DNA of 62,734 nucleotides, filler included, from Chiloscyllium plagiosum (lineage: Eukaryota), in the NCBI RefSeq assembly GCF_004010195.1. It is 3 parts of one record of this genome, joined end to end, with 100 filler letters (N's around TTAATTAATTAA, not from the genome) between each part and the next. Parts side by side here need not be neighbours in the genome. Positions count along the whole stretch, not along the records: positions 1 to 26,053 come from NC_057714.1; 2 more parts are not named here. One strand, given 5' to 3'. The position numbers and the translations under genes were made by a program. Below are positions 13,159-24,430 of the stretch, in pieces; positions within the stretch are counted from its first letter, which is position 1; each line of letters opens with the position of its first letter. Below the pieces are notes generated by a model. It was given only the letters and a program-made list of their open reading frames with translations, searched no databases and had not been told where the DNA came from.

Positions 13159-13194
13159 ATTCGACGTTTCGGGCACATGCCCTTCTTCAGGAAT
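13159..13194 (-). ncRNA. Minimal type I hammerhead ribozyme motif (mirror copy)
   Basis: Exact reverse complement of 13205-13240. Confidence 0.85.
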
Positions 13195-13204
13195 GAGGCT
13201 CCTC

Positions 13205-13240
13205 ATTCCTGAAGAAGGGCATGTGCCCGAAACGTCGAAT
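13205..13240 (+). ncRNA. Minimal type I hammerhead ribozyme motif
   Basis: AUUC-CUGAAGA-AGGGC-AUGU-GCCC-GAAACGUC-GAAU: stem I AUUC/GAAU, intact core, palindromic ACGU at stem III, GUC cleavage triplet. Confidence 0.85.
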
Positions 13241-15806
13241 CTTCTGTTCCCTAGATGCTGCCTGACCTGCTGTGCTGTTCCAGCAATAAAGTTTCAGCTT
13301 TGATCTCCAGCGTCTGCAGACCTCACTTTCTCCTCCTTAGTAAGGGTACAACTTTGGTTCTGGTCTCTTATGAGAAGCAGCTGATTCACTAATCACTGAT
13401 TATCGTAAAAGGCTCAGGCCCAAGCCCGATGGAGCAAAATTGGTTGAGAGAGAATCACCTAGATTGGCTCAACAATTTTCAATTAGAAAGTGGTTGCCTG
13501 AGTGAATTTCTAATTGAATACCAGAAGGTCTTTCAAAGGAGCCAAGGCCAACTAGCAAGTTGACGAGGAGGCAATTCCACGATTCAGCAAGGCCTGTCCA
13601 AGGGCCATCTGCCTTTGGGCAAAAGTAGAGGCAGAAATCAGGAGGCAGGAAAGTGAAGGAATCATCAAACCAGCCCAGTTGCAGAATGGACATCACCAGA
13701 CGTACAGAATTTGAAGCCTGATGGGTAGGTTCACCTTTGTGGGAATTTTAAACAATGTTAAGCTTTTTGCAATTGGATAACTACCCAATCCCTCACAGAG
13801 AGGATTTATGCTCAAAGCTGGTAGAGGGCGGCACTTCACGAAACTGCACATGGGCCATGCGAACTTGTAGTTGCAGTTAGATGAGAATTCCCAGAAGGGC
13901 TTGTACTAATGCATTTGGTACTGGCATTTTGGGTATCATCATCCTGTGCAATTTTTAGTGGTTGATGGAAAACATTTTACAAGGTCTACTCTAGGATACC
14001 ATTTATCTAGATGACATTGCTAATACCAATAAAGAGCACTTAGAAAACTTGGACATAGTCCTTAGACATTTCTATCAGATGGGTGCAGGCCAAAGAAGGG
14101 AAAAATGTGTGGCATACTTGGGCTACAGTGTCGACAAAGACGGGTTATATCGATTGGAAGAGAAAGTGAGGGTGATCAGAGTTGCCCCAGCTCCCACATC
14201 TGTACCAGAGTTTAGGCCTTCCCTTGGGTTGCTGAATTATTATGGAACATTCACATACAATCTAGCGTCCATCCTGGCACCTTTGCATCAACTGAAAAAG
14301 GGTCAGCCTTGGAGATGGTCATGTAGGCAAACCATAGCTTTCAGGGAAAAGCAGAAACCACTTTTGTTCTCTAAGGTGTTGACACATTATGATCCCAAAT
14401 GATATCTGGTATTGACATCAGGGCAGCGTTGGCTCATTGGTGGCCCAATGGAGAGGAATGCCCAATAGCGTATGCATCCTGGACTTTGGCTAACACAGAG
14501 CATAAATACGCCCAGATAGAGAAGGAAGATTTGGCACATTTGGAGTAAGTAAGTTCCACCAATACCTTTACGGATGTAAATTTGTAATAATAATAGACCA
14601 CAAACCCCTGCTAGGTCTGCTTAAAGAGGACAAGGCAGTGCCACCCATAGCTTCAGGCCGAATTCAGTGATGGGCTCTGATACTAAGTGTGTATAATTAC
14701 AAGTTGGAACACTGTCTATGTTGCGAATGTGCCTGTATTGGGCTGCCTCCCACTGGCAGATGTATCACTGATGGTACCACCACTGGAAGGGTCTGTAACA
14801 GTTTTACATTTCTGGACACATTTCCAGTCACAGCTGATATATTTCGGTGCAGAAAAATCCAGTCCTGGCAAAACCAAAAGAGCTGGTGGTGATGGGGGAA
14901 ACCAAAGCACTATCACAACCAGAAATGAAACCTGCTTTGACCCAGAGAGGCCAGATCACAGAAGAGGATGCCATATTATTATGGGGAGCAAGAGTGATGG
15001 TCCTGAGCAAAGGCCACCACCAGATACTGACTGAATTTCATCAGGATCATCCAGACGTTTCCAAAATGAAGATGTTGGTGAGAAGTTATATCTGGTGGCC
15101 AGGATTTGATGCAGATATAACCACATTGTTGGGGCAGTGCCCAAAATACCACAAAATGCTCACCAGCAGTCGCAATAATGGCTGGGTAAACCCAAGACTG
15201 TTAAACATTGACTGTGCAGGTCCTTTCATGGGTTCAATATTCTTAGTTGTGTGGACGCACACTCAAAATGGCTGGATGAGCAATGGGTTCATTCGTCAAA
15301 CATGCGGATGATGATGATAGAAAACCTGTGTGCAGCTTTTCAAATACATGGACTCCCGGAAGTGTCGGTCACAGATAACTGGCCATCATTTAGCAGCAGG
15401 GAATTGAGTATTTCCTAAAGTCAAATGGCATTCAATATATAAGGACAGCTCCATACCATCCTTCATCCAATGGCCTAGCAGAAAAAGCAGTCCAAACTTC
15501 GAAGGCAGGCTGGAAAAACAGCCTACAGCTTCACCAGATACCAAACTGTCCCAGTTCCTATTTGATTACAGGACCACCCCTCATACAGAAACAGGGATAG
15601 CTCCAGCAGAGTTGCTAATGGGGAGAAGACTCTGCACCAGGGTAAATCTGATCTCCCCAGACCTGGAATGGAATCAGGAATGCCAGTGTTGGATACAAGA
15701 TTCTGCCAAGCGAGAGGAACAGTTTACTACAGGGGACAAGGTTTGGTGCAGGACCAGTGGAAAGGGTCCTGCATGGGTAAGATGCATGATTGGCATGTAG
15801 TCAGAG

Positions 15807-16356
15807 CCATAGAGTCATAGAGATGTAGAGCATGGAAACAAACCCTTCAGTCCAATTCATCCAGGCCGACCAGTTATCCTAACCTAATCCAACCCCATTT
15901 GCCAGTACTTGACCCATATCGCTCTAAATCCTTCCTTTTCATTTACCCTTTTAAATGTTGCAATTGTACCAGCCTCGACCACTTCGTCTGGCAGCTCATT
16001 ACATACACTTACCACCCTCTGTGTGAAAATGTTGCCCCTTCGGTCCCTTTTATATCTTTCCTCTCTCACCCTATGCCCTCTAATTCTGGACTCCCCCACG
16101 CCAGGGAAAAGTCTATTTACCCTATCCATGCCCCTCATGATTTTGTAAACCTCTATAAAGTCACCCCGCAGCCTCCGATGCTCCAGAGAAAACAGCCCCA
16201 GCCTGTTCAGCCTCTCCCTATAGCTCAAACCCTCCAACCCTGGCAACATCCTTGTAAACCTTTACTGAACCCTTTCAAGTTTCACAACATTCTCCCGATA
16301 GGAAGGAGACCAGAATTGCACTCAACATTCCAGAAGTGGCCTAACCAATGTCCTGT
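15807..16356 (-). mobile_element. CR1/HER1-like LINE 3' fragment nested in the Gypsy element
   Basis: MLPGLEGLSYRERLNRLGLFSLEHRRLRGD, FTQRVVSV, and the tail ctctatgactctatg. Confidence 0.9.
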
Positions 16357-16737
16357 ATATCTGACTGAGGTATAAAAGTTCAAGTCGAAGTGCTGGTCCT
16401 GAACAAGCACATGGAAGACATGAGAACTGCAAACCCACAGGCAGTGTGGGAGAAAAATCAGCCTTGCTCCTTGGAGAAGTCGGACAGACTGTTGGAACCT
16501 GTGGGTTGTCCCTCTCTGTCAAAAGTTGAAGGGACCTCAGAATCTGAGATGGACATGAAGGATTGCAGCGTCTCAGTGCTTTTGCCGCCAGAGAAAGAGA
16601 GTGAAGTTCTCTCAAGTCGCTCTGGGCACAAGAGGCAAGCTAATGTGCATCACATGCCACAGAGTTGGAGGAAGCGGACCTGGTGTTACAACAAAACAAA
16701 GGACTGGCTTATGTCCTCAGACTCAGATGGGAAGGGA

Positions 16738-16860
16738 TGTGGTGATTATAATGATAAAAAGAGGAGTGTCAGACATTCTGACACTGACAGCTGGCTCTGA
16801 GGGAGTTGGACCAGTGTCAAGCACTTTGCACTGGTGACAGGATACCGGCCTCTTATTTCA
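16738..16860 (+). repeat. 3' LTR of the Gypsy element (internally deleted)
   Basis: Preceded by polypurine tract GGGAAGGGA (16729-16737); starts TG and ends TTCA. Confidence 0.75.
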
Positions 16861-18390
16861 TGATCCACGGCAACAGCAACAGAAAAGGAAATATGAAGAC
16901 TCGGGGAAATTCATGGTTATAGGCACCAGACAAGGCTCCACTCCCAGCAAAATAAGATTGGATCATTGTTGTATCAGATTGATAGACAACTGTGCAATCA
17001 TTTCACAAATCAATTGTGACCATGTGCAAAGGGGGCAGGCTAAGCTCCTGTTTCTTTCTTCAGTCTGGAGTAAAATGATGTGATTTTAAGACACTTCCCG
17101 GGGCAAATGCAATCATCATGCCTCCATTGATTCAATAATGACACCCGTCTGGAATTATCACTGATTGTCATTGTCCAAGAACATAGCTGAAATATTGTAG
17201 CTTCAAGCAATTATGGGCATAATATTGTGCATTCTAATTGCCTCATTGTCCTGTGGCTAAATAACTGTCCATGAGAATAAGAAATTTCAAAGCAAATTTC
17301 GTGTTCCCCTTTGACAACCACATTCTATAGTGAACTGGAGGTAGGCTGCTGTCATGTTGGTGGACTGGCAAAATTCAGTGTAGCATGAAAGCTTTAGTTG
17401 CCCACTGTACAAGTGGATACATTGTCATATAGCACAGGGCTCCAGATCAGGGTATGACAATAAATTCCTTTGGAAGTCTCCATGCCACACTATGGGAGGC
17501 TTTGTATTAATGGATATGAGGGCCCAGGAGTTTTTTGAATAACATTACGTTTCTGATGGTCCCCAGAGATTATCCGCACATGGACAATGCCATCACTGGA
17601 TGCACCATGGCCTTGGTGCCAATACCGAAGAGGACAACAATTTGTTAGCAAGAGCAGTAACCTCCAGCAGCAACTGCACACCCTCTAGAGGAAGAGGCAG
17701 CAGGACAGGATCCACCAGAGAGGTGGAGGATGAAAATGAGTCCCCAGATCTACAGGCCTCACTGTCATTTTCATCTACTCTCAGAAAGACAGTGTAGGCA
17801 CTGGTTAAGGATATCCCACTCCATTATCTCCAAATTGCATTGTCTGCCACTGCACGTTTTGAGCTCAGAAAGATTGGGTGGTCATCCCATCCCTGTGGCT
17901 GTCAAGGTTACAGATGTCATTAACTTTTATGCAAGTCACTTATTCCAAGAAGCAATTGGGGCCATTGTGAAATCTTCCAATCTTTGACCCTTTCATTTAT
18001 CCAGGACATTATTGATGGCATTTTCTCTAGAACACACATATCTTCACATCTATCCCATTGACTATTGGAATCAATCAGTCAGACACTGGGATTCTTCACC
18101 TTCAGTGGATTTCTCCAATTGTGGGGAATAATCAATTTTCTGAAAGTGCCCCTAACCAACCTGCACAGTTCATTGGATAGAAGAGGCTTCCACTCCATCA
18201 ATGTTCAGATTCTGTGTGTTTGTTGATGCCAAATTCTGGCGATCAGCACCAGATATCCTGGGAAATGTCATGACTCTCATGTGAGAGAACTCACAGGATT
18301 CTGCCTCTTCCAAGGCTCCTGCATCAATTCACGGATGGCTGATGGAAGGCAATGGCTACCGTCTTCCAAATATGGCTCATAGTATTTTTA

Positions 18391-18614
18391 GAGCTGAAAA
18401 TGTGTTGCTGGAAAAGCGCAGCAGGTCAGGCAGCATCCAAGGAACAGGAGAATCGACGTTCAGGCATAAGCCCTTCTTCAGAAGGGCTTCCTGAAGAAGG
18501 GCTTATGCCCGAAACGTCAATTCTCCTGCTCCTTGGATGCTGCCTGACCTGCTGCGCTTTTCCAGCAACACATTTTCAGGTCTGATCTCCAGCATCTGCA
18601 GACCTCACTTTTTC
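18391..18614. mobile_element. Penelope-derived foldback mini-element inside the Harbinger remnant
   Basis: Inverted arms. TSD CTCA(T/C)AGTATTTTTA (18376-18390, 18615-18629). Confidence 0.85.
18491..18518 (+). ncRNA. Minimal hammerhead ribozyme core
   Basis: CUGAAGA-AGGGC-UUAU-GCCC-GAAACGUC. Confidence 0.75.
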
Positions 18615-20354
18615 CTCACAGTATTTTTATCAAGCCCTCAGACTGACACAGAATGCAGATACAGCACCGCTCACATTTCCACCAAAGCCAGATTGGAACC
18701 GACCATAAATCTCCTAAAGCAGAGATTTCGATGTCCGGAGTATGAAAGAGGTGCCTTGTAGTACCTTCCAGAGCGAGGGTACTGCATCACTATGGCATGC
18801 TGTGCACACCCGCCCTCTCCCCCCCACCCCCCACACCCATCGCACCACAACCTAAGCCAACAAAGTGGAGGATTGTGCTGAGTGCAGATAAATTGGGGAA
18901 TTGACAGCAATCTTCTGAAAAAGAAGATCACACAAAGACCAGGAGAGTCATCCAAGCAGGATTGTACAATGCACCACAGAGTCTGACAGGCCAGAGAGAT
19001 CTAGTTTCTAGCATCAATGAGCTGGGTTTGGACGTTGTTTAATTGTTCACAATGTAGGTCCTGTCCAAAGATAATGTGGACCTTCTTATTTTCCTGGACC
19101 CTTGTCACTTCTTCAGCCCTTAACCTTTTGTGTTACTGAATCTTGTGTTGTCTTGTCATCCATGTGATTATACATATATCTTCAGGTCATCCCTCTTTAA
19201 AGTATCTATGCACAATATGTCTTATGTGATTGTTAGACAAAAAGCAGTAGTCAGTGAGACCGTGCACTAACATCACATAGCTCTAACACTCGTTTGCTCT
19301 TAAGGCATCTGTCAGGATATGATAACCAAGTGTTTTGTGGTGAAGTCATTCATATTAGTCACCAGGTTGACAGAAATCCTGAGGAATTATCTTTTGACAC
19401 GTCTATCATCAGCTACATTTCAATGTTTCAGAGTGCTGTAGTTGACCGAGTGAAACAAAACTCACTGTGTGCTACACTTTAACCGCAAATGGGAAAAAAA
19501 GTCACCCATTTTATATAACCCTGTCACGATCTGGCCTCGAGAACTGAGTGTAAACACTGTTGTTCACTAGGTATTCCCACTGTTGTTCATGAAGCACTAT
19601 GACACCTAGAAAGGTTGTTTTGAAACCAATTACAGATATGACACTGTTCTCAAAATATGGTAGAGCAAAAGAAAGCAGAAGAAATGTGAAAGTGACAAAT
19701 TGGATAGTTGCCAGCCTCTATCTCAATGTGGTAATGTGAAAGATTTTCATGATCAAATGTATTTTGTCCACCAATGTTGAAAGCTGCATTCTTTATTTTA
19801 AATAAAAGATAAAATTCTTAAAAGCAAAGTCATAAAAAGCGAAACAAAAATTGTTGCCTAAGTATATGTCTTTAATTGTGCAGCTTATGACAAAAAATCC
19901 TTTGAGTATTTGTTGTATTGTGAACGTTTCAAGTGTTTTGATACTATGAACATGTACTGTTTTGGTACCATGACTTAAACTCTAGTGTAATGACCTGTCA
20001 AATTGCCTTGGACTGCAAGCCATATTTTGACACAAAATTCATTATACCTCATTATTAGATGTGATTATATTCTGTATTTATGAAAACAAGCTGCAGGTTG
20101 CCATGTACGGGAATGAAGCTTTCTGGCACATCCCACCCATAAGCTCACAACAAATTGGTTGTGAAAGTCTGATTTTACAGTACACTGTGTTCTCTGACTA
20201 CCTCATTATCAGTCAAAAGCTCTGTCTGCTTGTTGGATATATCCATCTCAGTTTAGACATACTCACCTTCATAATAGTATAAACCTGCTTTAAGAATTAA
20301 ATTTAATTTACAAATTCTGTATTCCCTGCCTGAAATTTAGATTCACACTGTAAA

Positions 20355-20745
20355 AAATAGGAACAGGGTAAGCTATTCGGTCTCTGGAGCCTGATCCAAC
20401 TTTCAACAGGATTATCGCTGATCCAACACTTCCTACATCCATTTTCTGGTATTCATTCAGTAACCCTTGATTCCCCTATTCATCAAGAATTGATCTATCT
20501 TAGCCTTAAACACACATAAGAACTCAGCCCCTCAGTTCACTGTGGCAAGCAATTCCAGAGACTCACAATCATCCGGGGGAAGAAATTCCTCATCTCAGTC
20601 TTGAACTGGCACCCCTTTATTGTGAGATTGTGCCCTCTGGTCCTAGCTTCTTTCATAATGGGAAACATTCTCTCAGCAATTACCCTGTCAAGCCCTTTAA
20701 GAATCGAAAATGTTTCAATAAGATCACCTCTCTTCTAAACTCCAT
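20355..20745 (-). mobile_element. Old CR1 LINE 3' fragment
   Basis: Reverse strand RGDLIET...GHNLTIKG...VSLWNCLPQ remnants plus a CR1 3' UTR. Confidence 0.75.
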
Positions 20746-21209
20746 ACTAACTTTGTTCTACCCAAAGCAGTGAACAGAAGCTTGTCACTCCTTTGCAGCT
20801 TGTTCTTTCAGATCCTACATGGAGCAAGCAGGGACATCAGTTATTTAACATCAGAACGATATTTCGCTGCTTCAATTTCTGTGACAACAGAGAGAGAGAA
20901 AACCAGGCATTCTTCAGTTCCCTAGAGTCATGGTCTGCATTCATTGTACTCATCCAAAGACTGCTTGTGATATATATAAGTAGGAAATGCTTTGTTCCTG
21001 ATGAGATGGTTTGGTGTCAAGGATACCTGTAAGGATATAGGTGCCAGTTACATAATTACCACATCCCCTATTTATTCACTTATGGGATGTGGACATTCCT
21101 GGTAAGACAATATTTAGTGCTATTTTGTAGATTACACATTTGATGATCTACAGGTTGGAACCACAGCAGTCCATGTGGTGGAAGTACCCCTGAAGGGAAC
21201 AGTAACAGA

Positions 21210-21440
21210 GTAGTAGTGGTACTGGAACAGTATTTCAGGGACCTGGCATACGAGTTTAAATCCCACCATGCTAGCTGGATATTTAAATGCAATTAGTTTC
21301 ATAAATTTGAAACAAAAAGCTAGCATCAGTGGTAGTGCCAGTGAAACAACACAACTACATTGTCATAAAAAGCCCATCTCATTCACCGGCACCCTGTAAG
21401 GAAAATGAAATCTACAGTTCATACCCAGTCAGGCTTATAT
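21210..21440 (+). mobile_element. tRNA-headed interspersed repeat (SINE or LINE 5' end); related copies at 36040-36345 (+), 42230-42510 (-), 50900-51260 (-)
   Basis: Shared motif aaaa(a/g)cccatct...gaaatctacagt(c/t)c...tc(a/t)ggc and a B-box-like gtttaaatccc. Confidence 0.55.
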
Positions 21441-22094
21441 ACAACACTTGAAAATGGATGCAGGGAATGTTGGATCAGCCATAATCCTATTGAATGGTGG
21501 AACAGGCACGAGGGACCAAATGGCTTACTCCTGTTCTAATTTCTTATGGTATGAATCTGAATTTCAGGCAGGGAATACAAAATTTGTAAATTCAATTTAA
21601 TTCTTCAAATAGGTTTATACTTTTATTAAATTGCATATGGCTAAACTGAGTTGGATGCCTATTATAAGTAATGTGGTTAACTCTTAACCACCTTTTGAAA
21701 TAGCCGAATAAGCCTTTAGTTGCATCAAATAACACAATAAAATCCAATTAAAATAACACTGGACTATTCAGTGTTGACCTAAGAACTGGTCATTACAAAT
21801 TGCAGCACTGTCAGTCAACACGAACAAAGAGGCACCACAAACATCTCCAGCCCCAGTGGTGGGAGGCCCCTGCACCAATACAATAGATGAGCTCAAAGCA
21901 TTTGCAATGTCAGCTAGAAGTGCCAAGTGAATGATCCTTCTTGAACTCTTCCTGATGTCCTCAATATATCAGAGACTAAGCTTCAGGCACTTTGATTCAC
22001 TCCACATGATACCCTGTAAAGGCATTGGATACAGTGAAGGCAATGGCTCCTGCCAAGCTGTAATGTTGGAACTTGTATACCAGAATTAACCACG

Positions 22095-23019
22095 GAGATA
22101 CGGAGATATGGCATTGAGGGTGAGTTGGAGGTTTGGATTAGGAATTGGCTGGATGGAAGAAGACAGAGGGTAGTAGTTGATGGTAAAGGTTCATCTTGGA
22201 GTGCAGTTACTAGCGGTGTTCCGCAAGGATCTGTTTTGGGACCATTGCTGTTTGTCATTTTTATAAATGACCTGGAAGAGGGGCTAGAAGGGGGGTACTG
22301 GGTTAATGGTCGGATACTTGGTAGTGTGGATGAGCAGAGGGATCTTGGTGTCCATGTACACAGATCTCTGAAAGTTGCCACCCAGGTAAATAGTGCGCTG
22401 AGGAAGGTATATGGCGTACTGGCTTTTATTGGTAGAGGAATTGAGTTCCGGAGTCCTGAGGTCATGATGCAGTTGTTTGAGACTCTGGTGCGGCCGCATC
22501 TGGAATATTGTGTGCAGTTTTGGTCGCCATACTATAGGAAGGATGTGGAGGCACTGGAACGGGTGCAGAGGAGGTTTACCAGGATGTTGCCTGGTATGGA
22601 AGGAAGATCGTATGAGGAAAGACTGAGACACTTGGGGCTGTTTTCATTAGAGAAAATAAGGTTTAGGGGTGACTTGATTGAGGTGTACAAGATGATTAGG
22701 GGGTTAGATAGGGTTGACAGTGTGAACCTTTTCCCGCGTATGGAGTCGGGTATTACAAGGGGGCATAGCTTTAAATTAAGGGGGGGTAGATATAGGACTG
22801 AAGTTAGGGGTAGGTTCTTCACTCAGCGAGTCGTAAGTTCATGGAATGCCCTGCCAGTAGCAGTGGTGGACTCTCCCTCTTTATGGGCATTTAAGCGGGC
22901 ATTGGATAGGTATATGGAGGATAGTGGGTTAGTATAGGTTAGGTGGGCTTGGATCGGCGCAACATCGAGGGCCAAAGGGCCTGTACTGCGCTGTATTCTT
23001 CTATGTTCTATGTTCTATG
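22095..23019 (+). mobile_element. Young 5'-truncated CR1 LINE with an internal in-frame deletion
   Basis: 270-aa ORF ([14 protein letters not shown]...[10 protein letters not shown]...[11 protein letters not shown]), tail (ttctatg)3, TSD TTAACCACG (22086-22094, 23020-23028). Confidence 0.92.
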
Positions 23020-23399
23020 TTAACCACGACACTAACCCGTTCACAAAACACAAGAAAAATAACATCTGATCAATAGCTGCCCCATCAATGGTGACATCAA
23101 GCATAACTTAATGGCAACACAGTTTAGATTCCACAAAAATCATTCATCTCTCTTTACACCCTTAACATAAATGTGCACCAAGTGGGAAATTTCAAATGAG
23201 AGCCAAAGGTGGCAGTTTTTTCCTTTCAGGGTTTGCGGCAAGTTGGTGGTGAATGGCCTTCTTGAACTGCTTCAGTTCATTTGGTGTCATACACCCACAG
23301 TGCTACTGTGGAGGCAGTTCCAGGGTCTTGACTCAGTGACACTGAAGGAACGGTGACATATTCCCAAGTCAGGACAGTGAATGGCTTCGAGAGGAACTT

Positions 23400-23710
23400 G
23401 AAGCCGTTCAAAAGTGATTCACAAAGCTGATTCGTGGGATGAAGGCGTTGACTTATCAAGAAAGGTTAAACATGTTAGGCCTTTATACATGTCAGTTTAA
23501 AAGAATGACATGTTTTCTTATTGAAACATACAAGATTCTGAGGAGGCTAGGCAGGGTAGATGTTGAGAAAATGTTTCCACTCATGGCAAAATCTCAAACT
23601 TGGGGACATAGCTACAGAATAAGGGGACATTCATGTAAAACTGAGGTGCTAAGGAATTGCTTTTCGCAGAGAATAATGAAAATTGGGAATTCCCTAACCC
23701 AGAGAGTTGA
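23400..23710 (+). mobile_element. CR1 LINE ORF2 C-terminal fragment
   Basis: YQERLNMLGL, IETYKIL, GHSYRI, FSQRIM. Confidence 0.8.
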
Positions 23711-23884
23711 ATTAATAATTTATTGTCACATATATCTAGGAAGATATAGTGCAAAGTGTTCTGTCACCATAATCCAGCGCCATTTTGAGATACAAAAGAA
23801 TAAAAAGAAAGGACTTAAATAGAGTTCACCTTCATCGTCCAGGGTTCCAGACAAGGCCTCAGGGCTTCCACAAGGTCTCACTCT

Positions 23885-24430
23885 GGGCCTACCACAGCCA
23901 GGCACATCCACTCCAGGAACCCATACTGCCGCAAGAGTCCATGATCCGGGCCTACCACAGCCAGGAGCCTTCACTCTGGGAACCAACACTGCTGCAAGAG
24001 TCCACCATCCAGGCCATACACAGCCCGGAGCACCGACTCTGGGAACCAACACTACTGCAAGATTCCATGATCCGGGCCTACGATAACCCGGAGCCTCACT
24101 CCGGGAACCAACACTACCATAAGAATCCGCAATCCGGGCCTACCACAGACAGAAGTCCCCACTCCAAGGAGAAAGTGAGGACTGCAGATGTTGGAGATCA
24201 GAGCTTAAAAATGTGTTGCTGGAAAAGTGCAGCAGGTCAGGCAGCATCCAAGGAGAAGGAGAATCGACGTTTTGGGCATAAGCCCTTCTTTAGACTCCCC
24301 ACTCCAAGCACTGACACCGCCACAAGAGGCCACGATTTGGGCCTACCATAGTCAGGAGCCTCCAATCTGAACACCAATGCCACCACAAGAGTCCACGATC
24401 CGGGTTACCACAGCCAGGAGTCTCCGCTCT
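23885..24430. repeat. Minisatellite, ~63-bp unit, about 7 diverged copies
   Basis: Unit like gggcctaccacagccaggagccttcactctgggaaccaacactgctgcaagagtccaccatcc (23948-24010). Interrupted by a PLE mini-insertion. Confidence 0.85.
24169..24295 (-). mobile_element. Penelope-derived mini-insertion
   Basis: 13-bp TSD TCCCCACTCCAAG (24156-24168, 24296-24308). Decayed hammerhead AAGA-AGGGC-TTAT-GCCC-AAAACGTC. Confidence 0.8.

Larger units (their letters stand above)
13101..13335. mobile_element. Young Penelope-derived foldback mini-element with two opposed hammerheads
   Basis: Perfect 99-bp inverted arms (13100-13198 / 13201-13299). Perfect 15-bp TSD CTTAGTAAGGGTACA (13086-13100, 13336-13350). Confidence 0.9.
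12065..16860 (+). mobile_element. Degenerate Ty3/Gypsy LTR retrotransposon
   Basis: Domain order PR-RT-RH-IN: protease-like MEVDT (~12889); RT YPIP and IYLDDI (~14001); RNase H PIAYASWTLANTEHKYAQIEKE; integrase HQDHP..KMKMLVRSYIWWPG, DCAGPFMG, GLPEVSVTDN, TAPYHPSSNGLAE. Many stops and frameshifts. Confidence 0.92.
17730..18860 (+). mobile_element. PIF/Harbinger DDE transposase remnant (HARBI1-like)
   Basis: IYRPH..LSERQCRHWLR, HPIPVAVKVTDVINFYAS, RRGFHSINVQ, RYPGKCHDS, GWLMEGNGY, YSTAHISTKARLEPTINLLKQRFRC...GAL...CCA. Frameshifted. Confidence 0.85.

Noticed and set aside
17730..18860. Domesticated HARBI1 gene
   Set aside because: Multiple stops, frameshifts, altered catalytic motifs and a PLE insertion show it is a dead transposase.
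23885..24430. Regularly spaced repeats as a possible CRISPR array, or the 188-aa ORF as a repeat protein
   Set aside because: The whole unit is repeated with no unique spacers, there are no cas genes and the context is vertebrate. The ORF is a by-product of a 63-bp unit and reads through a PLE insert.
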